Shown: positions 1-12,150 of the stretch, piece after piece
Layout: each line of letters starts with the position of its first letter
Position numbering within the stretch: position 1 is the first letter of the stretch
Source: Leucoraja ocellata
Taxonomy: Eukaryota
Direction: 5' to 3'
Assembly: GCA_036785375.1 (NCBI GenBank)
Contig: JAWMAR010000219.1
Location: 930,001 to 994,000 of the forward strand
Length of the DNA: 64,000 nucleotides
The notes under the pieces: model-generated
Told to the model about the DNA's origin: nothing
Seen by the model: the letters and a program-made list of their open reading frames with translations, nothing else
Database searches by the model: none
Translations under genes and position numbers: made by a program

Positions 1-544
1 TGGCCGTTTCTCTCCTCCAGTTTATTCCTGACTCCCCCCCCCCCCCCCCTCATATTGCCTCTAGTTCGTTTGCCAGGCACAAATCTGTGTTTTTTAATTA
101 CCAGCATTTTTGTCACTGTGAACAGTTCTCTGATTTTCTCTGTTAATATAATTCTGAACATTCCTGTTAAATCTCCCTTTGACCTTCCTTCAACAAGATA
201 ATTGGTGAAGGGGATGTCATTTCACTATATCTAATTGCCTGGTTTGCTTTGGCACTCGTTGCAGCTAAGGTTCTTATCAGTTATTGAATCCTGTTGGGAA
301 ACATATGTGCCTGAACATCAGGCAAGGATCCATGATTTTCTTCACAACTAAATACTCCAAGCCTGGATGTTCCAGTCAGTGCAAAAATATGTTGGTCGGA
401 AAATCTAGCCAAGCACTTGAAAAATGGATATGTTTCCAAAGGTGTTAAGTCATGGTGAAGTAAATTAGCCAAATGTGTCTGGGGCAGTTACTGAATGAAT
501 CATTGGGAGAGAGTGGCAGAAACCTGTATTGATAATTGTCACCA

Positions 545-642
545 AAGATAGACACAACATGCTGGAGTAACTCAGCGGGACAGGCAGCATCTCTATAGAG
601 AAGGAATGGGGGATGTTTTGGGTTGAGACCCTTCTTCAGACT
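545..642 (-). mobile_element. Penelope-derived short repeat (pLTR fragment) with degenerate hammerhead core
   Basis: Matches the reverse complement of the recurrent GTCTGAAGAAGGGTCTCRACCCRAAAC..CCATTCCTTCTCT..AGATGCTGCCTGTCCCGCTGAGTTACTCCAGC unit; the same unit follows a GIY-YIG C-terminus at 52391-52798. Confidence 0.75.
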
Positions 643-1120
643 GTAGCATTGTCACTGTAGCAATCCATTGTGTCAGCTGCAACAAAACAACTGGAACAAA
701 GACCATGGTTCCAAGGGGTATGAAGGATGAATGTGTGCTCTGATGCACCATGATCAAAATGGAAGAACAGCACAAATAGGAGCCGATTAAACAATGACAT
801 TGTTGGGTACTCTCAGCAGGTCAGGCAGCTGCCATGGAAAGAAAAACATAACAATTCTTTGGCTTGAAAGCTTTTCCCCATCTGCGTATTTTTTTTTAGA
901 TTTTCAGAGGCAGATGAGTCGTTGTGCCTACCCCACATTTAATAAGATCGTAGATGATCTTTGACCTCAACATGTCTTTCCCTCACTTGCCCAATATTTC
1001 TTGAATCCCACAATGTTTAAAGGCCTGATGATTGAAACTAAATGTTATTCCCTTATCATGTATCTGTACACTGAGAATGGCTCGATTGTAATCATGCATT
1101 GTCTTTCCACTGACTGTTTA

Positions 1121-1650
1121 AAGGCCTGTCCCACTTACGCGTCCTTGGCTCGCAAATTACGCGACCTCATGGTTGCTTGAGGCATACGGGCACCGTATGG
1201 CCGCGCAGGGCCGGTCCCACTTAGAAGCGCGGAGGGGTATGGAGTTGTGCGGGGCCGGTCCCGACATCGCGCGGGGCTCCGAAATTCTTGCAGTGAACGA
1301 AATCTTCGCGCACAAACAGCCTGTCGCAGAACTGGCGGCCAAAGTGGGACAGTCCCAAGACCCTGGCATCTCTGGAGAGAAGCAATGGGTGACGTTTCGG
1401 GTCAAGACCCTTCTTTTCAGACTGAAGAAGAATCTCAACACGAAACGTCACCCATTCCTTCTCTCCAGTGATGCTGCTGGTCCCGCTGAGTTACTCCAGC
1501 TTTGTGTCCATCTTCAAATGACATCAAGCGTTTCAGACAGCTGTGTGTACACATGTAATCGCGTCCAACCTTCGCTCGACCGTCTCGGCTCAACGCGACC
1601 ACAAGTTCGCATAATTTGCGTATTAAAGGCACGTAAGTGGGACAGGCCCT
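1121..1650. mobile_element. PIF/Harbinger-type MITE
   Basis: TIRs AAGGCCTGTCCCACTTA (1121-1137) and TAAGTGGGACAGGCCCT (1634-1650); TTA TSD at 1118-1120 and 1651-1653; the host repeat rejoins when it is removed. Confidence 0.85.
1365..1515. mobile_element. Fold-back Penelope-derived repeat nested in the MITE
   Basis: GACGTTTCGGGTCAAGACCCTTCTTTTCAGAC|TGAAGAAGAATCTCAACACGAAACGTC with inverted arms. Confidence 0.75.
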
Positions 1651-1949
1651 TTAGCACGCGATAAAAGCTTTTCACTGTACCTCGCTACACGTGACAATAA
1701 ACTAAACTAAACTGAAGTGAAAGCATTTACTGAATGCTTTTGATGAAGCAGACTATTACCAACACTCCTATAGCCTGGAGAGACAATGAACTGGCAGATG
1801 CTGGAAACTTGAACAAAACGCAAAGTGCTGGAGTAACTCAGAGGGCATCTGAGTTACCACAGCATTGGGTTACCACTGAGTGACCATCACCGCAGCATCT
1901 GGTCGGGACACACCTTCAGACCACAGCCTGGTCTGTTCTGGCACGAATG

Positions 1950-2305
1950 GAAACAGGCAGCTTGTTCCATACGCCCACCACCCTTTGTGTGAAAAGGTTA
2001 CCCCTCAGGTTCCTATTATATCTTTCCCCCCTCGCCTTAAACCTATGTCCTCTGGTTCTCAATTCCTTTACTCAGGGCAAGAGACTCTGTGAGTCTACCT
2101 GGTCAATTCCTCCCATGACTTTGTACACCTCTCTAAGATCCTCCTGCGCTCCAAGGAATAGTGTCCTAGCCTACTCAACCTCTCCCTATAGCTCAGGCCC
2201 TCGATTCCTGGCAACATCTTCGTAAATCTTCTCTGCACCCTTTCCAGCTTGCCAACTTCTTCCCTATAATGTGATGCCTAGAACTGAACACAATACTTTA
2301 AATGC
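1950..2305 (-). mobile_element. CR1/HER1-like LINE 3' fragment
   Basis: Reverse-strand match to the CR1 ORF2 C-terminal region seen intact at 18887-19930. Confidence 0.8.
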
Positions 2306-3798
2306 TGGATGGCTGGACCCTTTGTGCAGGATGAGAAGGATAACTTTACTACATTGAAAATGGTGAGAACTATGCTCTGTGCAAAATCTTGTGGCAGGTT
2401 GGGTCTTGACATTCAATGCACTCTCTCGCCATCTCCCCATTTCTTCTTCATTCTACTTCTTTTGCCAAGGCCTCCAATGTATTGTCTGAAAACCATAGTG
2501 TAATTTTGCTTGAAGCAGTGCCATTCATTCACAAAATTGGATTCAAGTGATATAATATACAATTGTATAATATATGCTGGATAGGTGCTGAAATTGTGAC
2601 CATTACAATAAAGCTGTTGTGCTACATTGGCCAGATCTCCATCTTATCGAGTCCACACACAAGATTAGAAGTTGTTCAGACAGCTGAACACACTTCTCGG
2701 CTTCTGCATACAATGATGTCTGTCTTGTGCTTCTTGTGCTTCTTGTGCGTGGTGGTGGAAAGATTGGTGAAAACAGGGCCGGGACGTGAACACCCTTTCC
2801 TTGACCCCATTGTCCAGATGAAGCAGGCAATGGGAAAATTCCAATGTCATCCAATTTAACTCTTGAGAAATACCATGTGGGGTGGAACTGCAGAACTGGT
2901 GGAACTGGTTTACAAAAAAAGTGCTGGAGTAACTCAGCAGTCTTTCTGGAGGACAATGTACAATTAGTCTGAGGAAAAGTCTCAACCCGAAAAGTTACTT
3001 ATCCATTTCGACCAGAGATGGCGCTTGACCTGCTGATCTACAGCAGCATTTTGTGTTTTTTTTATGGGAAAGTTTTCTGACTTCATGCTTCTGAGCAATG
3101 GGCCTCATCTGGACAATCTAGACACTCCCAACATAAAATCCCTTGGCTATTCATTTAAGTAGCAAGATTAGCATGAATGAATTAATTCCAATGTGCAGCA
3201 TTGATAAGTGGTTACAGATTGGAAGGAAATAAATTATTTGGATAACTCATTTTGATGGTGCTGGTTGAAGGAGGAATGTAAACTATGTTGCATGTAAAAG
3301 GGGGAATTATATGTTTCAGCCACAAGTCCTAAACATCAGAGGACAACCATTAACTAAACGGCGGTGGAAATATGCAACATAAAATAAGCATACACACTCA
3401 GCTTCTCAAAGCTGCCCTTTTAATAACTGTATCCATTTTCTAGGAATACTTTAATTAAATTGTGCGTAAAGAGATATGACTTGGGTCTACTAGGTGGCAA
3501 TATGCTTACTCATTATCGTGAGGACAACCAAACGCCCACTTGACGCAAATGATTAAAACAAAACTTATTTACCACCAAGTGATTGCTTTACATTCCTTGC
3601 AGTGACTCATTGATTGTCTAAATATATCATGCATTCTTCGCCAGGCATGTTAATGTCACTACTATAATGTGGGGTTGTGTCAGTGATTCATCAGGGCCCA
3701 AGGTTAAAAGTGTAATCCTGAATTAGAAATTGTTCGAAGAACATCCTTCCACCATTGCATACATGTGGGACAGAGGGGTGGACACCTGACTGGTCAGC

Positions 3799-5196
3799 TT
3801 GAAGTTCAAGTTCAAGTAGTTCAAGTGAGTTTATTGTCATGTGTCCCTGATAGGACAATGAAATTCTTGCTTTGCTTCAGCACAACAGAACATAGTGGGC
3901 ATTGACTACAAAACAGATCAGTATGTCCATATACCATTATATAAATATATACACACATGAATAAATTAACTGGTAAAGTGCAAATAACAGATAATGGCTA
4001 TTAATGTTCAGAGATTTGTCCGAGCCAAGTTTAATAGCCTGATGGCTGTGGGGAAGTAGCTATTCCTGAACCTGGTTGTTGCAGTCTTCAGGCTCCTGTA
4101 CCTTCTACCTGAAGGTATCAGGGAGATGAGTGTGTGGCCAGGATGGTGTAGGTCTTTGATGATACTGCCATCCTTTTTGAGGCAGCGACTGTGATAGATC
4201 CCCTCAATGGAAGGGAGGTCAGAGCCGATGATGGACTGGACAATATTTACTACTTTTTGTAGTCTTTTCCTCTCCAGGGCGATCAAGTTGCCGAACCAAG
4301 GCACGATACAACCGGTCAGCATGCTCTCTTCTGTGCACCTGTAGAAGTTAGAGAGAGTCCTCCTTGACAAACCGACTCTCCGTAATCTTCTCAGGAAGTG
4401 CTGATGTGCTTTCTTAATAATTGCACCAATGTTCTCGGACCAGGAAAGATCTTCAGAGATGTGCACGCCCAGGAATTTGAAGCTCTTGACCCTTTCAACC
4501 ATCAACCCGTTGATATAAAGGGGACTGTGGGTCCCCATCCTACTCCTTCCAAAGTCCACAATCAGTTCCTTGGTTTTGCTGGTGTTGAGGGCCAGGTTAT
4601 TGTGCTGTCACCATATGAACAGTCGCTCAATCTCTCTTCTATACTCTGACTCATCCCCATCAGTGATACGCCCCACAACAGTGGTGTCGTCAGCGAACTT
4701 GATGATGGCGTTCACACTATGACCGGCTACGCAGTCATGAATATAGAGTGAGCATAGCAGGGGGCTGAGCACGCAGCCTTGAGGTGCTCCCGTGCTGATT
4801 GTTATCGAGTCTGACACATTTCCACCAATACGAACAGACTGTGGTCTGAGAATGAGGAAGTCAAGGATCCAGTTACAGAACGATGCGCAGAGACCCTGTT
4901 CTGTGAGTTTGGTAACCAGCTTGGAGGGGATGATTATATTAAATGCCGAGCTGTAATCAATGAATAACAGCCTGACATATGAGTTTTTGTTGTCCAAGTG
5001 GTCCAGAGCGGAATGGAGGGCCAGCGAGATCGCATCCACCGTTGATCTGTTGTGGCGGTAAGCGAACTGCAGTGGATCCAGGTTTTTGTCGAGGTAGGAC
5101 TTGATTTGCGCCATGATCAACCTCTCAAAGCACTTCATCACCACAGGCGTTAGTGCCACAGGTCGATAGTCATTGAGGCACGTCACCTTACTCTTC
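3799..5196 (-). mobile_element. Rex1/Babar LINE, 5'-truncated (RT plus C-terminal region)
   Basis: ORFs 4608-5375 and 4008-4559: [75 protein letters not shown]; (ACTTGA)n-like 3' tail near 3800-3825; internal stop at 4608. Confidence 0.9.
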
Positions 5197-5687
5197 AAAG
5201 GAGGCCTTTGACTGGATATTACACACTTACATGAATGAAGAAGGGTTCCCACCCGAAACGTCACCCACCCTTTTTCTCCAGAGATGCTGCCTGACCCGCT
5301 GAGTTTGTGTCTATCAGCATGAATGACATGCTCTCCAAAATAAACTTTGGGGAGGGAATCAGGAATTGAATCCAACTATTCTACACAGTGACTAAATAGA
5401 GAGAAACAGTTAGCTAGCCCATCCAGTCCAGAGAAAGGCAGGATTCCTGCCTCTCCTATGCCTTGATGGCATGATGCTTAGAATGCCAAATCCTTCAGGA
5501 AGAACACAAGAATACGAAGGGTAATGATACCAAGTTGTGGGGACACTCAGATCAGAACTTGCCTGTACACGGGAATGCCGCTGTCCTCTGCTTGGATCCA
5601 CGATCAAATTGATCAGCATTTGTGACCAGTCAAAGTTGGTATCAGGAGCCTAAGTCAGTCACAGGAAGAACAAGGTCATCTTCAGCG

Positions 5688-5900
5688 TGTAGTAAGGAAC
5701 TGCAGATTCTGGTTTAAACACAAAATGCTGGAGTAACTCAGCGGGACAGGCAGCATCCCTGGATAGAAGGAATGGGTGATGTTTTGGGTCGAGTCCCTGC
5801 TTTAGACTGAAGAAGGGTCTCAACCCGGATCGCCGCCCATCCCTTCTATCCAGAGATGCTGCCTGTCCCGCTGAGTTACTGCAGCATTTTGTGTTTATCT
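5688..5900. mobile_element. Fold-back Penelope-derived repeat
   Basis: About 90-bp inverted arms centred at TTAGAC|TGAAG (~5806). Confidence 0.8.
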
Positions 5901-6335
5901 AAGGTAATCTTCAGCAATTGGCCTGACCGGTCCGCTGTTCTTTTCACCATCAAAACTATCTACCAATTCTGGTAAAAGACAACAGTTCCCACAGTGAAGA
6001 TGTGGATTACTGACATGTCCGAGACACTACTTTTAGAAAACATTAGGCTTGTATTGGCTGAAAAAGAATTCTTCAAAACATGGTCTCCTTTCACTGAATT
6101 TCTTCAACAACAGAATGGGTGAACACAAATTTAAAACCGATGCTAGGGATGGGGGCGAGGGTGTGGGGGGGGTGGGTGGAATATGCCATTATTACATATT
6201 GATTTGGATACTTTATGCAAGGAGGAAGGGGCATCATAGAAGATAGGATCAGGAGCATGCACTTCAAGTTTAAGCTACCTTCCACAGGTCTTGCAGATTT
6301 GGGGAGGTGGCAGATGAGAGGGGTTAGCGGGTGAT

Positions 6336-6642
6336 TTTTTACTTTAGTTTTAGAGATACGGCGCAGAAACAGGACCTTTGGCCGACTGAGTCCACGTTGA
6401 CTAGTGATCGCCCTGTACACTAGAACTATCCTACCCACTAGGGACAATTTGCAATTTACCGAAGCCAATTAACCTACAACCCTGTACTTTGGAGTGTGGG
6501 AGGAAACCCGAGCACCCGAACAGAACTCACGCTATCACAGGAAGAACGTACAAACTCCATACAGACAGCTCCCATGGTCAGGATTGAACCCAGGTCTCTG
6601 GCGCGGTAAGGGAGCAATTCTACCGCTGCACCACTGTGCTGC
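6336..6642 (-). mobile_element. HE1-like V-SINE (tRNA-derived head, V-domain, CR1-like tail)
   Basis: Reverse complement of the copies at 43861 and 53029; A/B boxes and (ACTAA)n-like tail. Confidence 0.85.
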
Positions 6643-6885
6643 GTCATATAAGGGCAATAATAGTAAGATTAAACGAGAACTTACCAGTTTGAAGTTTGAT
6701 CTGTATTTTATGAGGAGTTACGATGAGGGATTACGTGAAGAGCCCGCTCAGCACGCATGTGCGGCATACTTCAAAGCAGCGGTGTGGAATTACAGATAGA
6801 CACAGTTATTGAAGTAAACATAGTAAAGATAAGGAGACATCAGTTTATGAATTTGACCCATATTATCGAGGGTGGGAGCGGAGGG

Positions 6886-6996
6886 CACGTAATCCCTCAT
6901 CGTAACCTCATAAAATACAGATCAAACTTCAAACTGGTAAGTTCCCGTTTAATCTTACTATTTTACTTCGGAGTCACGTGAGTAATTCCGTGAAGA
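6886..6996 (-). repeat. DIRS internal complementary region (ICR)
   Basis: 6886-6962 is the reverse complement of 6659-6737; 6961-6996 is the reverse complement of 11396-11431. Confidence 0.93.
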
Positions 6997-7199
6997 TTTC
7001 AAAGCTCTGTGATTTCAAACCGTGTAACAGTTATTACTACATCACTGCCGAAGTCTTTGAGGGAGGAAGTGTGTTATCGTAATCAACCAATGAATCTGTT
7101 TGTAGAAAAACACAATGGTATTTTTTAACAATAACAACAAAGAAATTAAATTGCTCCCCTGGGCTTAAATTAAATATTTGCAGTCTGTAAAATCTTTCC

Positions 7200-8110
7200 T
7201 GCAAATAAAACAGGTTTTGCCAACGGCTTATTATAACATTTCTGAACGGTCTTTCCCCCCACCACCCTGCTGTAGCCAGGATGTGGTTTATAGGCACGTC
7301 CATTCTTTTAGCCGTCGACGTGGATGCTGCCCTGGTGGAATGAATTTTGTACATGTTAGTTTTTATCCCAGCAGCTTTTAGCACCTGCTTGAGCCATCTC
7401 GAAATGGCTCGTCACCCGACCATAAGGTTTTTTCTGACTGACCCACAAGGCTTTTCATCTCCCTCGAATATTTTGGTTGTGTATATGTAGGATAAGAGGG
7501 TCATGGCACATTACCGTGTTTCTGGCGGGTAAGCCCGGATTTTCCACGACTGGATTAGGTGTTCCTGGTCTGCTCTGTTTGATCATTCCCTGGATAACGA
7601 CAGAGATCTGGTCTGGAGCTGTGAGCATGGTGTCCAGTCGCAATAGGTGTAGTGACTGGACCCTCTGTGCAGCTACAAGTGCCATCAACATGAGTGTTTT
7701 GAGCATAGATGGTTTCAGGTTGAGGGATCTGGCTGATGGGCATCCCCTGAGGTATGTCAGGACCAGACTGACATCCCATATATGGGTGTACCTTGTTCTA
7801 GGGGTTAGAGTTGTAAATAACCTTCATTAGTTTGACCACCAGCTGGTGGGACCCCATGGCCTGTTGTCCTGGAGCTGGTTTTAAATGGACAGGCAGGGCA
7901 ATTCTAGCTGTGTTGATGGCTCTGTAGCTACAGTCCTTCATCGTGGTGAAGGTTCGCCAGGAATTCCAGTACATTGGTAACTGTAGCGGTTGAGTAGGTG
8001 GTCCCTGTATCCAAGCAATACTTCTCCCATTTTATGATGCTGGACAAGTGCTGTTTTTTAGTGGATGTTCAGAGGGATGCTGACATGGTGTCGACGGTTT
8101 GTTATGATAA
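7200..8110 (-). pseudogene. DIRS tyrosine recombinase, frameshifted
   Basis: LKTLMLMALVAAQRVQSL (Arg box); HSTRAASTS (HxxR); ILATAGW. Confidence 0.85.
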
Positions 8111-8164
8111 TCCCAGTCCCAGAAGTGGTTTGTGCAGCATCTGCAACCCAGGAGTTTGATTTTC

Positions 8165-9900
8165 TCATGGCACGGGTGGCTTATGCCTGACACTGGATGT
8201 TAATAACTCTGGGTCACGGGGGAATATCATCGGAGTTCCAACAACCATGTCATGGAGTATTGGGAACCATGGCTGTGTAGGCCAGTCGGGTACTATCAAA
8301 ATACCTGAAGCAGAGTCCATTTGTACCGTGCGTAGCCCCCGACTGATGAGGCAGAAGGGAGGAAATGAATAGAAGAAATATTTCCCCAATCCAGCGCAAA
8401 CGCATCTACCGCTGCTGCCTCGGGGTCTGGTTCCCAAGCGACATACATAGGTACCTGGTGATTTAGTCTAGATGCAAATAAATCGATATCTAGTGTGCCA
8501 TATTGCTTGATAACTTTTGTGAAAAAAAAATATTTTTGGGGTTTTAACATCCATTCGATGTTGTCATTAAATTTACGTGATCTGGTGTCTGCCACTGTAT
8601 TTAGCTTACCTGGTAGGTAAATTACTGATAGCCGAATATGTCTTTGGGCACACCATTGCCAAATTGTATTGACCAACTTGTCGCATGATACCGATTTTAT
8701 GCCGCCCATATGGTTAATGTAGGCCACCACCGTAGTATTATCTATTTATAACCGTACATGCAAGTGATGCATATTTATGCATATGCTTTTAAACCATAAA
8801 AAGTCACCCAAACATCTCTAGATAATTAATGCCCAGTGTAAGTGGTAACAATGATTCTGGGTTAGTCCATCTACTACTTGTGCTGGATATAGAGTTAGGT
8901 GCTCCCCAGTCTTGAGCACTGGCATCTGTTTGGATAACTGACGTAGGGTTAGTGATGATAATAAGCTGAAACTATGTCAAACGTTTTTTATCCACCACTG
9001 TAGTTCTGATATTACTTCAGAGGGTAACTTCATGAAACGATCATAATGACCTGTATGTCATTTTTGGTACAAAGGTCCGAATTATGTAGCTGGAAATGCT
9101 GCTACCATTATCCCAATTACTCTGTTACTTGTCGAGTAGTTGGTAGTTTGTTGACCACTAAATTGTTGTACGATTGTGCCAATTCAACTATGTTGTCTCT
9201 TGGCAATGTTACAGTCACGTAAACTGAATTAATTGTGAAGCCCAAGTAGTCCATGATAGAGGATGGCTTCAACTTAGATTTATCTGGATGTAAGACAACC
9301 CCAGGGTTTCGAATAACTGTTTGGTAGCTGAACAGCTAACATAGTCAAATTCATGGTCTTGCCTACCATTTAGGATATCATCAAGATATGCCATGACAAT
9401 ATGTTTTTGTCTTCTGAATATTGCCAGAGCTGGTTTTAGTGTCTGGGTGACACTCTTGGGCTGATGTGAGCCCATTGGGTAACGCTTTAAACTGCTATAG
9501 CTGCCCCATCCACGTAAATTTCAGGTATCTGCGATGATCCTTGTGAATGGTACTAAATGGTAAACATCTTTAAGATGAACGCTTGCCATGAAGTATCCTT
9601 TGGAATTTAGTTTGGCAGTAACAACCGGTTCCATTTTGAAATGTATATACTTAACAAACATATTTAGTGAAGTTAAGTCAATGATGATGGGACATCCACC
9701 ATCTTTTTAGGGTTTAGTGAATATATTTGATACGAATTGCAAGGGTTCAGGTTTCCCCATGACACCCTTTGTAATTAGTCTCACCAGTTCAGCTTGTCTC
9801 TCTTGTTTCTTTAACAGAGAGAGTAAAAATACCCTCTGGGATGAATGTTGACCTGGTGGCAATTTTTCTAGTATGAATTGTATTCACTAATGCCATTGAG
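8165..9900 (-). pseudogene. DIRS RT-RNase H-methyltransferase-like ORF, frameshifted
   Basis: ORF pieces 9269-9475 (AYLDD), 8296-8730 (RNase H plus DLFAS), 8165-8437 (FPPF, ILIVPDWPTQPWFP). Confidence 0.88.
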
Positions 9901-10695
9901 TATATACTGATCACTCGTGATAGACTCCCATGTGTTAGTATGCTCTATATACTGGTAGGAACCAGACCCACCTACCTCCATGGTTATGGGTATTCTTCTG
10001 TTTCGTGCCGGACCAACGAGTGTTGCACGTCGTCTGATGTGGCGGTGACGTTGGGGGGTGGCACATTTTCCATGGGGTCCGCTCTGGGCCCTGGTCTAAA
10101 TAAGACTTTCGGTGATAGATGCGGACCCCGAGCTTTCATTAGTCCGATATGGTAGACGTTGACTGATGGACGCGATGGGGTGCTGCTGCGTAGGAATTAC
10201 TGTTTTTGGTTACTCGTCCCGGCCCTGCCCTCATGAGCCGAAAGTTTTGTAAAACCTCTTGCATGTCCTTCATACGCTTTGTGAGGTTTTTGCCACAGAG
10301 CAGTGGGTCTGGCTCAGTGGCTGGGGTCTTATGACTTGTTTACGAAGGTTGTGGTCATCTCCGTATTTGTCCATGGAACGAGGAAAACGATGTGATGGCT
10401 GTCGTCAGGCTTTTAACGCCTCCTGCACGTGGGGTTTTCATGTAGCTGTCCACCACACACCACACCTAGCAGCTCTTCCTGTTCCTGCACCCCTTGCATA
10501 CTCCCAAGAACTTCAGGCATTGCCCCTGTTCTTGACCAGCCCAGTCCTGGTCACCAAAGCTATCCTCTGGAAAGGAGGAAGCAATGGACAGTGCACAAGG
10601 CACTGTGGAGGGAGAGCCTGACACACTCTGCGAGAGCGCCCCTCCTGGGGTGCACCTCGCTGGAGCTCCTGCTCCAAGAGTCGCTCCATGCGGCT

Positions 10696-11230
10696 CAGGC
10701 GGCTGTCTCTCCCCCGCCTGGGTGGAGAGAAATCCCCGTCCGATAAGTCGGAGCCACCGGCCGGAACGCCACTTCCTGGGCTTTTACATCCAGCCCGCTG
10801 CTCAGGCGCTAGCGGGGCTGGGCTCGGTCGCGGTGTCAGGGTAGTGGACTGCCTGGTAAGCGGTCCTACCACCTTGTTGCTGCCCCCGCGAGATGAAACG
10901 CTCCTCCGTGGAGTCGAGCGGGGACGGGTCTGTGCAGGCGGCTGTCTTTCCTCCCGTGCGGGTGGAAAGACGTCCCGTCCGATAAATCGGAGCCACCGGC
11001 CAGATGCCTCCATGGTGGTACTTCCAGCCCGCAGCTGAGGCGCTAGCGGGGCTGGGCTCGGCACGGTGTCGGGATATCGGAGCGCTGGGTAAGTGGTCCT
11101 ACCGCCTTGTTGCTGCCCCCACGATGGAAACGCTCCTCCGTGGAGTCGAACGGGGACAGGTCTGTTCCGTTGCTGCCCACCCCCCAGATGGACGCTCCTC
11201 CGTGGAGTCGAGCGGGGGACAGGTTTGTTG
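10696..11230. repeat. About 235-bp GC-rich tandem repeat (2.3 copies) in the DIRS gag region
   Basis: CAGGCGGCTGTCT at ~10696 and ~10935; CGCTCCTCCGTGGAGTCGA three times. Confidence 0.85.
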
Positions 11231-11614
11231 CAGAGCCTTTCTTCTCTGCCGGACAGCAGAAGGCTCCCTGTGAAGGAAACCGATGTCAGCTTACCTGACG
11301 GTCCGTTCTTTCACCTTCATAGCGGGAGAGCCCGACTCCCGCTGTGCCGCTGTTGCTCTGCTGGACGTAATGCCGCGCATGTGTGCTGAACGGGTTCTTC
11401 ACGGAATCACTAACGTGACTCCGAAGTAAAATAGCCTCATTCTCCCCACAGCCCCCAGAGAAAATATTGAATATAGGAGTCATGTCAGTACACCTGGAGT
11501 CATAAGTGAACTCATAACAGGAAAATACAAGGCATACAGAATGCTTGCCTTTCTTGGTTGGGACACTGATTATATGACAGTGACAGTGATACATATGGGA
11601 CACTGACAATCTTG

Positions 11615-12150
11615 ATGAAGCTTTATATGTCTTTGTTTAGACCTCATTTGCAGTATTGCATACAGTTTTGGTCACCCCCATTTCAGCAAGTACAGTATGT
11701 GGAAGCTTTGGAAAGGGTGCAGAGCATGTTAATGCCTGTATTAGGGGCATTTACTACTGGTAGAGGTTGGGCAGAGCTGGATTGATTTCACTGGAACACC
11801 TGAGGTTGTGGGGAGACCTGATCAATATATATACAATGATGAGAGGGTAGATAAATAGGCTAACAAAATATCAAATATGAAGGTGAGATGGACAAAGTTT
11901 AAAGGAAATGTGCATGGTAAGTTTTTTTTACACAGAGGATGGGGAATGCCTGGAATACGCTGTCAGGGTGATGGTGGAGGTAGATGCAATAGTGGCATTT
12001 AAGAGGGGTTTGGTTAAGTAAATGGGTATGCAGTAAATGGAGGGATATGGATTATGTGCAGGCAGATAAGAATTGGTCTTGGCATGATGTTCGGCACAGA
12101 CATTGTGGGCTGAAGGGCCTGTTCCTGTGCTGTACCGTTCTATGTTCTCT
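11615..12150 (+). mobile_element. Old CR1 3' fragment
   Basis: Degenerate RPHLEYC.QFWSP region through the GGGCTGAAGGGCCTGTTCCTGTGCTGTA tail. Confidence 0.8.

Larger units (their letters stand above)
1040..1715 (+). mobile_element. Rex1-tailed non-autonomous retroposon 3' part, split by a MITE
   Basis: ..CTGACTGT[TTA]GCACGCGATAAAAGCTTTTCACTGTACCTCGCTACACGTGACAATAAACTAAACTAAAC; same family in reverse at 20985-21295 and 34020-34200. Confidence 0.6.
6659..11433 (-). mobile_element. DIRS1-like tyrosine-recombinase retrotransposon, full-length structure, ORFs disrupted
   Basis: Order gag-like / RT (AYLDD) / RNase H (VAYINHMGG, YLPGKLNTVADTRSR) / MT (DLFASRLN, YSFPPF) / YR (HSTRAASTS, ILATAGW); ITRs ~6734-6770 and ~11366-11403; ICR 6886-6996 complementary to both termini. 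Confidence 0.95.

Noticed and set aside
281-472. Possible coding exon in unique sequence
   Set aside because: No recognisable protein similarity and no convincing splice-site pair
1173-1664. 163-aa ORF as a transposase
   Set aside because: No DDE or Myb motifs; spans a MITE plus a nested Penelope repeat
4608-5375. 255-aa ORF as a functional RT gene
   Set aside because: 5'-truncated Rex1 with a premature stop; the N-terminus is read through flank and a Penelope repeat
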